A DNA stretch of 64,000 nt from Octopus vulgaris (taxonomy: Eukaryota), in assembly GCA_951406725.2 (NCBI GenBank), contig OX597815.1, positions 98,270,001-98,334,000 of the forward strand. Direction: 5' to 3'. Positions 40,114 through 53,512 of the stretch are shown here, in pieces. Position numbers and translations under genes: made by a program. Within the stretch, counting starts at the first letter, position 1, and every line of letters begins with the position of its first letter. The notes beneath the pieces were generated by a model that saw only the letters and a program-made list of their open reading frames with translations, did no database searches and was not told where the DNA came from.

Positions 40114-40474
40114 AAAATGTCTATTTAATGTGAAATATAACAAGAAAAATTCAAATACATATCTTCCTTTTTTCCTGGTACCAAGATTTGTTTTTAAAAT
40201 GGCGGTTAGAGGAAGAAGATAGTAGGGAACTAAGGGAATTTATAGGTGGTTAGTACCAAGGAGTGCACCATGCATAGTTTAAATTTAAACTATCTTCTAT
40301 TATTATCTTCAATTTATCTATGTTGGGAGATACATATAATTAGTTATTACATAAGTTTGGTAATATTTAATTCATTTATTTATTTAAATTATTTATTTAT
40401 TTATATAGTCTCTTCAAGTGCTGTAGAAATAAAATTGTGTGGATATTTGATTCAGGGGTAGGAGTTCAGTATTT

Positions 40475-40735
40475 CATTTTATTGATGGTAAAATTACTTC
40501 TGTGCCTACATTTACCTCCACGTTCATCATATGTGTTTAATAATTCATCTCTAAACTGCAGTCGTTTCATAAATTCTGTTATGCATAATAAACACATTTT
40601 ATTCCCAATATTATAGGAGTGGGCTCTACTTATTATACTTCAATTAAGAGTGTACTCTCTTTTTCTAGATTTTAATTCCCAAATGTAATTTACTTATGCC
40701 TGTGGACTTACCCAAATTAGAATTTTTGAATTATT
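40475..40735 (-). pseudogene. Penelope-like element GIY-YIG endonuclease C-terminal remnant
   Basis: FKNSNLGKSTGISK/YIWELKSRKREYTLN*SIISRAHSYNIGNKMCLLCITEFMKRLQFRDELLNTYDERGGKCRH matches the ST.LS.YIW.LK...W.I...CxLC..E...LLN...E..KCRH pattern of PLE ORF ends. Confidence 0.75.
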
Positions 40736-40941
40736 ATTTACTTTTATTTGATACTTTGTATATTTCTAGATAAATAAATAAATATATGATAAATAAGACC
40801 CCAAGGTCTTATTTGTAGATGTATGTAGATATGTAGATGTATGTAATGCTGAACGGTTGTACCTGATTGATTTAGAAATTTGGAAATTCGTTTTCCCAAA
40901 TTATTTAATTTATATATACATATAGACACTCACTTGGAAAT

Positions 40942-40986
<45 letters not shown>

Positions 40987-41174
40987 CAAAGCAATTAAGG
41001 GTTTAGCAACGAATTGCCTTACCGCACACCGAATTTAGAAATAGCAGTCAAAGAGATTATAGCTATTTCTTCTACTAAAAGGGAGATCACAGTAAAGACA
41101 CAGAATTTGAAAGGCAAACACAAACAGGTAAGAGAGAATGAATTAACGGCAATCTATCATACAGTTTTAAGTCA

Positions 41175-41266
41175 CCTACGGACGTACGTTTCGAGATCAA
41201 GTCTTAGGAAAGCATAAGAATTAGATAATTCTACCTTACCCAGACTTCTTCTCTCATCAGCGCAGG
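41175..41266 (-). ncRNA. Intact type I hammerhead ribozyme with extended stem II
   Basis: CCTGCG-CTGATGA-GAGA[long hairpin]TCTC-GAAA-CGTACG-TC-CGTAGG. Canonical core, GUC site, predicted cleavage between 41181 and 41180. Confidence 0.8.
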
Positions 41267-41509
41267 ATACAAACAATCATGAATGATTGAATATTGAATT
41301 TTGAGATATATATATGGAGATGCCACAGAAAGAAAAATCAAGAACTGGTTGTATTGGATTATAGGGTTACTAGTAACAGATCTCAAATTATGAGATTTCA
41401 AACTGACACACATGCACTAATATTTGCATGTATGTACAAATATATCTGTATGTGTATCTATGTATCTGCTTATACGTATACATGTGTGTGTGAGAGATGA
41501 TGATAATGT

Positions 41510-41544
<35 letters not shown>

Positions 41545-42053
41545 GTGATGATGGTGATTGTGCTGGTGATGGTGGTGGTGGTCGTTGTGGTGATTGTGGG
41601 AACGATGAAGAGGATAAGGATGATGATGATGTTGATGATATACAGGTATATATAGTTTCCTTCACAAATTCGTCATTAACACCTTTAGCACACTAGACAT
41701 AAACTAAATTCTATAATATATACATATGCAACACGAAAATGAAAAACAAAAATGAATAAGAAGTTTAATCTATTATTCATTATTTCCTTTTCTTAAGTCG
41801 TAACATAAAAGCCGATTCAATCATCTTCGATCAATATAAATATTTACTTAAATAGATATTTTGTCGACGATGGGCTGAATGAAAAGTTTTTACACTACTT
41901 CTGAGTTTCGGTTTGCTGGCTTTCATTAGTAAATGTTTTCTCTCCGAAAAAAATGGTATTGTTTTTTCTTTTTCAGTTTAATCTACAATTGTTGTTTACA
42001 TTTATTTTCTTTTTGTGCATAACTTGACATAAAACACATATAATTATGTATGC

Positions 42054-42104
<51 letters not shown>

Positions 42105-42233
42105 TGCATGTGTTTGTGTATGTGCGGGTGCGTGTGTGTATGTTTACATGAGTGTATAAAATGAAATATTTACGTTTCCTTTTTTTTATAATACTGTATA
42201 TATCAGCTACTTATGTAAAAACGTACACACACA

Positions 42234-42274
<41 letters not shown>

Positions 42275-42487
42275 CATGTACGTAGGAAATTAAATATTAA
42301 ACTATTTTCTGGTTTGCGCGTCCATTGAGATCAGCGTACGCGCCAGTTAATATATTCATTACTTATACATTTTCCGCATTTATTTCACAGACAAATATAT
42401 TTATAATTCTTAAATGTGATGGTGCGTTTAAGCCCACGGAGTTGTCCAAACTACTATTTGAATAGAAACGCAGGTACGTATGTATGT

Positions 42488-42518
<31 letters not shown>

Positions 42519-42933
42519 AACAAGCAAAAGTGTGTGTGTGTCTGTGTGTGACTACACATATCGTCCAGGTATTACTGTCACCCATCTACGCATGCTTGCA
42601 GACATACATATATGGGATTAAAATTAAGTTCTTCCTTGTCTCTTGTTTAGAAAATGTGTTTGATAAAACAACAGTTAACGTAAGGTATTTTAGTGGCTTA
42701 TTGATTGTCGTATAACAGTGTGTTGCTTTTGTGCAAGTGTGTTTGAGTTCATGGTTTAAAGTCTACTCCCATCGTTTTACTTTCAGTACTTTTTCTTCTT
42801 TTGTCTGTTTGAGTGTAAACTATATGATTAAGTAGTGATATATTTTGTGCATAATTTATGAGCGAAATTTAGTTTCGTTTTGCTACTACTCTAACCATTG
42901 CAAAACCTTTCACTACAATTCACTGTTATTGTA

Positions 42934-43169
42934 CAGGGTGGCCTAAAAGTAGGCTTACAGTTATTTAACTATCTCTTTCGCATTCATATATTAAGAGTTT
43001 AGATCTTAATTATGAAAGAAATATGAAATCATTATTCTGTGCTAATTTAGTTAATTTTACCAAGCTCTAATTTCAGTTTGTAAGAAAGAAATCTAATTGT
43101 AATAAAATGTTTTAAAAGAAATTTGAATTACCTACGGGATAACTGTAAACCTAGTTTTGGACCACTCTA
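42934..43169. mobile_element. Tc1/mariner-type MITE
   Basis: TIRs CAGGGTGGCCTAAAAGTAGGCTTACAGTTAT / ATAACTGTAAACCTAGTTTTGGACCACTCTA, with TA on both sides. Confidence 0.8.
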
Positions 43170-44030
43170 TATATATTTCACTTTTCCTCATTTTAAACGT
43201 CTCTAACTGATATTAACTATCGTTTCAGTCAACCTCAAGCAGCGTACAAAAATCACATTGTGTTTCATTATATGAGACGTGAGTGCCGTCTATGTGCGCG
43301 GGCGCGTGTGTTTGTGTGTGTGTGTGTGGTAAACAGTGCAGTTTTAAAAGAAAAATAATTCACAGGCTTTGAATTGATGTCAACTGCCAACTGGTGTGCT
43401 GCGTGTAAACAGAGTGTTTCTTGGACGTAATCATGCAGGTGCTTTACCGATTTCTTCAACTTTTGAAGATTCTTGAAGAAACTGTTTTTTACAGGTGAGA
43501 GGAAGTAATATTTGAATTTATCTGAATCACAAAAGCTAACCTGATACTGCCATACATTTTGTCTGAAGGACAGACGTTGAAATTGTCCTTGATCGGATTT
43601 GGGGACAGAACGTAAAGAGTCGCAGCATATATCGTAAAGTAATTTGTTCAATGGTGTAAAGATTTTGTCATCTGTGGCATAATAAAATTGCCACTGCCTT
43701 CATTGTATACACACACTCACCGTACACGTACCTAAATACCATTATCACGATTATAAAGTTCCCCAAGTTACATGAAGTTGCAGCCATTTGCTCTTAAATT
43801 GTACTCGACAGACTTAGAAATAAACTTTTCGAATAACATGATTCTGAGTTTCCTTTATATGATGATCGGGTCTGATTTGTCTGTGATATCAGGTCTGCTG
43901 GTTCAAAGTTGAACTGAAGGTATACAACAACCCTTCATGGAAAAAAATGAACCACCAGCAACACCAGTACCATTATCAATAAAACTACATTATTCACTTG
44001 CCACCATCACCATCATCAATACCAGCTCTT

Positions 44031-44360
44031 GAGTAAAGGGTAAAGAGTGAAGGCTCCCTTCGTTCATGAATGACCACGGGATTGCACCTAGAAAATAGTC
44101 CTCCGAGATACAATTCCGGGCTATGTTGTTTATGGAAGACAAGCAACCTCCCCTGTCCACATCACCGTTGTTATCCAAGGGAAAGGCAACGGCTGATAAC
44201 AGCTTGGCACCAGTGATATTGCAACTTAGTTCTACAGCTGAGGGAATTGGAGAAACGTGAAATAAAATGTCTTTCTCAAGAACACAACACACAGCTCGGT
44301 CTGGGAATCGAAGGCACTACTTCATGGGTGTGACCCCAACGCTCTATCCATGGAACCGTG
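44031..44360 (-). mobile_element. SINE family C
   Basis: Reverse complement of 31996-32325 (GTAAAGGGTAAAG tail, GGGAATCGAA B-box). Confidence 0.75.
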
Positions 44361-44399
44361 TTTTTTACCACAATTAAATGCATGCAATATTATCAGCGC

Positions 44400-44740
44400 C
44401 ACGATCAAAACCAATGGCTGCACATACACCATCACCACTTATACAGACACCACTGCTATCAACTCAACTACCACCATATTGCTACCCACACTCCACTGCA
44501 ACCACTACAGGACTACCGTTACCACTGCAGCTACAACCATGCAATCACATCACCAACGCCATCACAACTATGTCTACAGATGCAAAAACACACATAAACA
44601 CCAACTCTACGGGCGATTGTATCGCGGTCATTACCCATACAACTACCAAAAGACATGCGCATCACCATCAATGCAACCACTACAACCGACAGCAACAATG
44701 ATGCAGCTACCACCAGGTAACCTACCACCGCTCACACACC

Positions 44741-44772
<32 letters not shown>

Positions 44773-45280
44773 CAACAAGAGAACAATCACTGTTACCAAC
44801 ACCACTCCAGAGTCACTATAATCATTATCACCATCATCGCCATTAGCGCCACAACTATCATCTTTACACATGCAGACACCATTGCAACCAATGCCACGAG
44901 CACAACCAATATTACCATCAACACCATCACCATCACCCCTAATACAACTAACACAACACACACATATACACACACGCGCACTCACCACAATTACTAACAC
45001 GTTAATGACCAACGCAACCATCATCACCATATCGTCACACCAACACAACTGCCACTGGACACAAACATACACACACACACACACACACATATATACACAC
45101 ACACACATACACACACCATTACAAACAACATCACTACCACAACCGTCACCGCCGCCGCCACTACGAAGAGCATTAACATCAACATCAGCACCAGCACCAA
45201 TGTTTGCCAGTACCACCATCACCACCACCACCGCCGCCGCCGCCATCACCACCACTGACACCACAACAACCGTCACCATA
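44400..45280. repeat. Degenerate (CAC/CAA)n low-complexity tract
   Basis: Directly visible. It explains the 215-aa and 189-aa ORFs. Confidence 0.85.
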
Positions 45281-45634
45281 CAACTCGACAAGATGTCTAC
45301 CGTTGCTTGCAGTGCTTTTAAACAATTTGATTCCTACATTGCATGTTTTACGTCGCTAATATCTATTGGCAAGTCTGTTTTCAGTTAAATGTAATTTTAA
45401 AAGTACACGAAAACATCATTACACGTCTATTACTCTCACTCTATTCTGCCTAAGCGAGACTGACACACGGTAATGAGGTCTGGGAAAGACAGCAAAACGG
45501 TAAAATGAGTTTCAGTTAGGAACATTGATTCTTGAAATTTTTTTTTTTCAGCTACCCAGCTCAAACCAAATATTTTTGTCTATCAAATCTTTCTCTCTCT
45601 CTCGCTCTCTCACACTTTCACTATTACAGCCCCC

Positions 45635-45802
<168 letters not shown>

Positions 45803-46020
45803 TTGACTATCTATTTAAGTATGAATCTGCATGCATGTATGTACATTCTTATCTATTCATCTCTGTTTATATGTATGTGTTTGTCTAACCGTTTGTGCAT
45901 TTGTTCTTTTTCTTAAGTGCTCTGTCTCTGTCTCCCCCCTCTCCTCTCTATCTGTCTATCTATCAATCAATCTATCTATCTATCTATCTATTTCTGTCTG
46001 TCTCTCTCTCCCCTTTTTTA

Positions 46021-46055
<35 letters not shown>

Positions 46056-46226
46056 GTGCATATGTGCATATATATATATATACACTATAGCTATAATATT
46101 ATGTGTGTGTGCACATATGCATATATAAGTATAGTCGTATTTATTTATATTGTACACGTGCAAACATTCTCACAATCATTCAGGTATATATTTATATATA
46201 TAATCACATAGATAGAAAGATAGATG

Positions 46227-46308
<82 letters not shown>

Positions 46309-46408
46309 CAGATAGATAGATAGACAGATAGATACATACATACAAACATACATACATACATACATTCGTACGTACATACATACATACATATATACATACA
46401 TACATACA

Positions 46409-46439
<31 letters not shown>

Positions 46440-47023
46440 GCAACATGTCTGTATGTGTCACCTTTAGGGCATACGATTCTGCCTTACTGCTTATATATCT
46501 ATCTCTCGATCTATCTATCTATCCCTATATATATGAACTTATATATATATATATACATACATACATACATACTATCTAGCCATCTATGTATCCGTATATC
46601 TATCTAACCACCTATGCATCTGTTTATCTATATTCCTATTCATCTGTCTAACCACATATATCCATCTGGGCACATACACCCAATAGATACTGAGTCACTA
46701 ACTCACTCTACCATTACAACACTTAAGGTAGAAACCAATGGCGTCTTCCATAGGCTCCGCCTTCCCCTCCCCCACCCCTCAGGCACACACACTTCAGTCT
46801 TTCCTCTCCTCAATCTACTCTGGTTACTCCAAATTCCACACAATTTGCCGTTGTTGTTTTCGATGTTGTTATTGCTCTTATTTCTTGAAACTACTTATAT
46901 ACATATACATAGATACTTATATATATGTGTCCGTATGTATGTATTTATATATATATATTTATACATATGCGTATATGTATATATGCATATATATATATTT
47001 ATACATATGCGTATATGTATATA

Positions 47024-47088
<65 letters not shown>

Positions 47089-47571
47089 CATGCAGAGAGG
47101 GACAGGGGGAAGATAGAGAGAGCGACAGAGACCCTTGTTTTGTTATTGTACTTGTTGTCATTTGCTGTTAGAATGTTTCGCTTCCTACTTGCTCGGCTAC
47201 CAACGGCTGCATGCCAACTTTCACTTGCATCAAAACTTTTAAATTTTAGTGCTTGCTTACTGTTTATGTATCTCTCTCTCTCCATCCCATCCCCCTCATT
47301 CCCATTCCCCCCTCTCTCTCTCTCACTCGATCTCTTGTTCCATTTCTATTTTCTCCTATGTTTGTCTAACACAGCCAGCCAACATGCATCCAGATTGCAA
47401 TCTGAATAATTGGCATTACATTAGCAATAGAAAGGGATCGTATAAACGCCAAGATTAACGGATTTCATTTCATCACAGCTACGTCTTCCACCCCTTCTCA
47501 TTTTCTTCGTAATTTTCTTCATTTATTTTATTCTTTTCTTTCCTTTTCCACCTCCCTTTTTCGCATTACTG

Positions 47572-47635
<64 letters not shown>

Positions 47636-48260
47636 TTCTCTTTCCCTGCTTCTCTCTTTCTTCCTTTTATTCTTCCATTCCCGATTTCTCAAACCTCCAC
47701 CTCTTATAACTCATCTACTGTTTGTTTCAGTTAAGTTCAGCTTTCTATTCGATGACTATTTGATTCATTTTCACGATTTGCTTTATCTAGTTATGTGTTT
47801 GCTACAGCAAACAAGATAGATTCTCTATTTGCCGAATTACAACGTAGAAATCAATTCTTTTTCTCTTTTCTCTCGCTACCTCTCCTACCCGTTAACTTTT
47901 CTACTCACAATCTTTCTCACACGCTCTCTCTCTCTCTTTCATTCTCTCTCTCTTTCATTCTCTCTCTCTTTCATTCTCTCTCCCTCTCTCTTTTTTTCTC
48001 TCTCCCTCTCTCTTTATTTCTCTCTTCCTCTCTCTTTCTCTCTCTCTCCCCCTCTCTCTCTCTCACTGCCCCTTTATGTGTCTCTCATACATTCTCTGTC
48101 TCTTTATCTCTTGCGTTCTGAGTCTTTTGGTCTTCCATCTACGTCAATCTAATATAGGTTTACCTGTTGTTGTTGCATGTACATTTATTTGTTTGTTGAT
48201 TATTGTGGAATAATTACCATATATAAACTACACATATATGTGTAAATGCAAAACACACAT

Positions 48261-48302
<42 letters not shown>

Positions 48303-48674
48303 GAGATGTTTTGGTATCCGGAAGACCCAAAAGGCAGGTAAGGCTACGTAAGTGCTACGAAAGGATCACTGTTAAGCTCCCGGTTCAATAATAGCATGAG
48401 TGAGGAGTGAAAGGCAGGTCGTGTGTGAGCGTGTATCTAAAATAATGCCCTAGGAATATCAAATTGCCTTGGCTTTGATATTTTATTTTATTTAACACAC
48501 ACACGCGCACACGCACACACGCACACACAAACACACATATACATATATATATATATATATATATACATATATATATGTATATACACAGACAGACAAACAT
48601 CCATGCATACAAATATGCTTCGGCCATTCAGACATGTATACACGAATGCAAAGTACACATATATACACAAAATA

Positions 48675-48759
<85 letters not shown>

Positions 48760-48778
48760 ATGTCTGCGTGTGTGTGTA

Positions 48779-48838
48779 TTGGACAAGACGTCTGACTTCG
48801 AATCAGAAGATTGCGAGGTTCGTATCTCATTGTGATCA
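48779..48838 (+). pseudogene. tRNA-Arg(TCG)-like fragment, 5' acceptor arm missing
   Basis: TGGACAAGACG-TCTGA-CTTCGAA-TCAGA-AGATTGCGAGGTTCGTATCTC. Intact anticodon stem with TCG at 48798-48800. Confidence 0.7.
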
Positions 48839-48914
48839 ATTAACATTTCAAGGCGCTGCTCTAGCATGGCTGCTGTGAAATGACTGAAACAAGTAAAAAA
48901 ATTCTTTTTTTAAT

Positions 48915-49017
48915 ATAATTGAAAAAGTTGGAGTCAACAAAAAGGAGTACGATTTGACATTTATTTGCAAATAAATATCCAACCGTATTCCTTGTTGACT
49001 CCAACCTTGTCAATTAT
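48915..49017. repeat. Spacerless ~100-bp imperfect palindrome
   Basis: ATAATTGA..GTTGGAGTCAAC..ATTTATTTG|CAAATAAAT..GTTGACTCCAAC..TCAATTAT. Confidence 0.85.
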
Positions 49018-49397
49018 CTATTCACACACTACACAAACCCAAACGCAAATCTGGAAGTACGTATACTACTAATACTACTACTACTACGGAATAGCACAAG
49101 GTCAAATCTGAATAGCACAAGGTCAAATCTGAAGGTGGACGAGTTGTATACAGTACTCTAGTACGTTCTTAAGAGAATATAACATAACTATATATATATA
49201 TATCGAGGTGTGCAGTAGAATTTCTATTTTGGATATATTTGGGGTACTTAAGTGTACTCATCACTTGGTATCTACTTCTTCCATGGTGCAAGTAAGTATC
49301 TCATTTATTTCTTATCGTATTTACCGCTGACTACGAGAAAATTCTTTATGAATTAACTCAGGAATCGGGGCCGATTCGGTAATAACGGAACATTATA

Positions 49398-49453
<56 letters not shown>

Positions 49454-49710
49454 GTTAAAGAATATTACAAACGTTAAGGCCAGACAAACGTCCCAAGTCA
49501 TATATTTTATTATTATAGTAAAAATTCAAAGTCTTACTGCTGTTTCTGGGATATCCTCTTTAACAATTATATATATGCGCTTTATCGAAAATCTACACTG
49601 CTTCCATAATTCCTGTCACAGTTATAACCTTGGAGCCTTAGTAATCCGCTAAAGCACTTACCCACCGTACCTAATCGTTTAGATCACCTGTGAACGAAAC
49701 ACCCATATTT

Positions 49711-49767
<57 letters not shown>

Positions 49768-49815
49768 ATATACATATATATATATACACATAATTCATAT
49801 ATATCACATATATAC

Positions 49816-49881
<66 letters not shown>

Positions 49882-49938
49882 ATACCTAGCAATGCATCTA
49901 TATATATACATGTATATAGGTATTGTTATACGTTTATA

Positions 49939-50864
49939 CAAGGTGTGCTCGAAAGGTATCAAACCCTATTTTTTAACCTCCAAACCTAATGTTGTGTGAG
50001 CAACCATTTTGATGGGAGGTTACGCCCCACTTTCTGCGTATATCAGAAAATTTTCGGGCCGGTAGACTGCGTGATTTCCCGGCTCTTATGCTTAGAGTAC
50101 AAACGTGTAGTCCGCGCTCGCTGGATTTTTTGTTTCACGCAAGATGACAGAATGCACCGAGCAGGGACATTAGATTAAGATTTGCCAAAATTTAGGTGAT
50201 ATCCAAGCTCAAACCATCCAGAAAATTCAGCAGTCCTTTGCCGATGATGCCATGTGCAAAACTGAGATTAAAACGTGGTACAAACGCCTCAAAAATGTCT
50301 GCATTTCGGTGAAGAGAGAGACTCACATTAAGGCAGGACATCAACAAAATGAAACCTGGAACCGGTTGAGAAGGCGAATAGTCATGAAAAACCGTCGTGT
50401 AAAAATCCTGGAAATTATTCATGGATTGGAAATAAGTATGAGATCAGTGCTTTCCATTTTAATAGAGGATTTGTGCATGCCTAGAGTGTTGACAAAAATA
50501 TGAAGTATGATACTTTGAACGCACCTCGTAATCCAAGCTTTCCTGGTCAAGAACATCACACGATTCGTTCGATACTCTCCCTACTCACTTCTGACTTGGT
50601 ACCGTTTGGCTCTTACCCAAACTGAAAACCCCGCTGAAACGGAAATGATTTAAGTATCGAGAGGAAATTATGAGCAAATCGGTGACGGACTTCCAACGCA
50701 TTCCAGAATTATTACCAGCAAGGGAGAGAACAGCTGGGACAAGTGTGTGAACTGCAAAGGGGAATAATTTGAAGGCGATGAAAGAAAATTTGTGAAATGT
50801 ACAAATTGTTTGGTTTTTGTCTTTGTTTAACCACAAAGGTCGGATACTTTTTGAACATACCTAG
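49939..50864 (+). mobile_element. Internally deleted mariner transposon
   Basis: Degenerate ~28-bp TIRs with TA flanks. N-terminal IKICQNLG..TIQKIQQSFADDAMCKTEIKTWYKRLK and C-terminal PYS..., PKLKTPLK, WDKCVNCKGE*FEGD; catalytic middle deleted near 50500. Confidence 0.85.
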
Positions 50865-50929
50865 TATATACCACGTACATTTATACATGCATAAATATAC
50901 ACACACATATATATATATATATATATATG

Positions 50930-50962
<33 letters not shown>

Positions 50963-51469
50963 GTATATATATACATGTGTGTATGTGTGTGTGTGCGTTC
51001 TCATGTGTGTTTGTGTGTGAGTTTGTGCGCGCGCCTGTGTGTGTGTACAGAGTTAGTAACAAACAGACAGACAGTGATAGCAAACCCGCCAATTCTATTT
51101 GCAGTTTCTATCTGCTTTTGAACAGTCCGATGTTCATATTAGCGAAGACTATTTCAAATATATATCACAAAATTTAATTTACAATTTCAGCATCCAAATA
51201 TACAACAGCACCCAATAAATGAGGATAATACAAATGTTATGCGTTATACGACATATCTTTCTGAATTTGTCCTATCTTCATGCTGTTTCTGAAAAATAGC
51301 ATTCTTTATTACAGGTTTCCATACATATCTCACTTGCTCACTTCATTTCTGTTGTTAGCTGTGACAAACAAAAATGCTGTGACAAACAAAAATGCTAGTA
51401 ATTTGCTACCATGGATAAAACATGGAAAACGCTGATTTATTTTCTTTGATTTCTACATGCTTCGGCGAT

Positions 51470-51730
51470 AAACAAGCCCTGCCCTGTTTAACATTGTCCC
51501 GAAAGAGATCAAAGAGTAAAAGGTTCCCATCACTTTTAAACGGAGTCTGGACAGATTTCTTCAAGGAATACCAGATAAGCCACCCATACCTGGATACAAC
51601 TCATTCAACAAGAACTCACTACTTGAATGGACCATATACAAAACTTGACTTAAAATGGATTTAGATAAACCTCTGGTGATGCTATTAAGTTAGACATGGC
51701 CTGGAGCAATCTTTATTCGAAACATATCTA
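51470..51730 (+). mobile_element. 3' end of a CR1-group LINE
   Basis: SPALFNIVPKEIKE*..FKRSLDRFLQGIPDKPPIPGYNSFNKNSLLEW is an ORF2 C-terminal pattern. Confidence 0.7.
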
Positions 51731-51950
51731 AGTTTTACCTAAATTTTATGTTTATAACATAGTTATTGACATCAATCCACCGCATTGGGAAAAACGTTAT
51801 TATTATATGATATTCACACAAAATAATTTAGATGTCGTGGACATCAAAGTATAAAATGTATGTATGTATGTATGTATGTATGTATGTATGTATGTATGTA
51901 TGTATGTATGTATGTATGTATGTATGTATGTATGTTTGTTTGTATGTATG

Positions 51951-52101
51951 CATGACTGTGTGGTAAGAAGCTTGCTTTCCAACCACATGATTCTGAGTTC
52001 AGTCCCACTGCGTGGCTCCTTGAGCAAGTGTCTTCTAATAAGCTGCCGGGCGACCAAATTTTTGTGAGTGGAGTTGCAGACGGAAACTGAATGAGGCTCG
52101 T

Positions 52102-52104
<3 letters not shown>
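51951..52104 (+). mobile_element. SINE family A, 5' half
   Basis: CTGTGTGGTAAGAAGCTTGC...ACGGAAACTGAA. Confidence 0.8.
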
Positions 52105-52155
<51 letters not shown>

Positions 52156-53115
52156 CACATATATATATATGTTTATGTGTGTCTGTACACAACATAGTGC
52201 TGTCATCTCACAAATGCAAGCATTACTATAGTAGAGATTAATAATACATATATATAATAATATAATAATATATATATATATCGGTCGAGTCAGTTTCTTG
52301 CTACTCTGAGTTTCATCCGTGGTTGCATAGCATCTTCAGGTAAGTTTGACAGAAAAACGATGAGACTTTCAAATATATATAAAGGTCTCCTGTCATAGGG
52401 TGTAGTAATAGAGCAACACACACTCGATCTGGGATCTTAATATTTACAAAAAATGTTAAATTTTGCCAACAGAAAATAACAAAGAAAGCTAATAGTGACA
52501 TGAATTTTATTAAAGCTGGATGTGGTGCTCCGAATTGTAGATAAGTGCCCACATTCATCAGATAAATATAGCTAAAGACAAAATACAAATAAAATTTATA
52601 GAAAGCATGTGTTTGTTGAGATTTGAGAAAATATCACTGATGACATGCACTACCTAAGATAGAGTGAAAAGGTAAAAGAAAAGAAGGGAAAAAACGAAAA
52701 TCGTGAAAATAAGTTTCTCATTGTATAAGTATATAAATTATTTTTGCTCTTATGTTTACATTCAATTTCCCAATAGCATTCTAGAAAAATAATTAGTGAA
52801 CATTTGTTTGCACATCACGTAGGGCTGCAGCTACAATATATTGCCACCATATCTTCATATACATATATACGTGCATTTGATTGTCTATGATGGGTATTGT
52901 TACAATGATATTATTTTATTAGTGAAGGTTGGTGACATTAATTATTGATCATGACTTCATTATATAATAATGATACTAGAGACACTAAAATAAGAACAAC
53001 AACAATGCTGATGATAGACAAATAATAAATGAATAACAGAAATGTTTAAATATGCATGGCAACAGATAAGTTCACACTCACAGTTATTCTTCATTCATAC
53101 ATACGTATATATATG

Positions 53116-53151
<36 letters not shown>

Positions 53152-53159
53152 TATATATA

Positions 53160-53512
53160 TATGACTGGTTTCCTTCAGTTTCCGTCTATGAAAGTCACTC
53201 ATGAGGCTTTGGTCGGCCTGAGGCTATAGTAGAAGACACTTGCCCAAGAGGTGTCATACAGTGGGATTGAACCTGGAACCATTGGTTAGCAAGCAAGCTA
53301 CTTACCACAAACCCAATCCTGCGCCTATATATATATAATAATTTATTTTTGATTTGTTTCAGTCATTAGACGGCGGCCACGTTCGAGCACTGCTTTGAAG
53401 AATTTTTAGACTATTATATGGACACCAAGGACTTATTTGTTAAAGCCTGGTATTTCTTCCATGGGTCAAATTTTGGCGGTCCGCTAAGTTAAGGGTGCGT
53501 AAGAAGACCAGG
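53160..53512 (-). mobile_element. SINE family A pieces (5' half 53160-53326; diverged tail 53345-53512)
   Basis: Reverse-complement matches to family A. Confidence 0.75.

Noticed and set aside
44350-45388. 215-aa and 172-aa Thr/His-rich ORFs
   Set aside because: Degenerate trinucleotide repeats that stay open in several frames on both strands.
48779-48838. Functional tRNA-Arg gene
   Set aside because: The 5' acceptor strand and part of the D arm are replaced by (TG)n, and the T arm is mismatched.
49531-49556. GAAACAGCAGTAAG (minus strand) hammerhead half
   Set aside because: No upstream CTGANGA or stem I partner visible.
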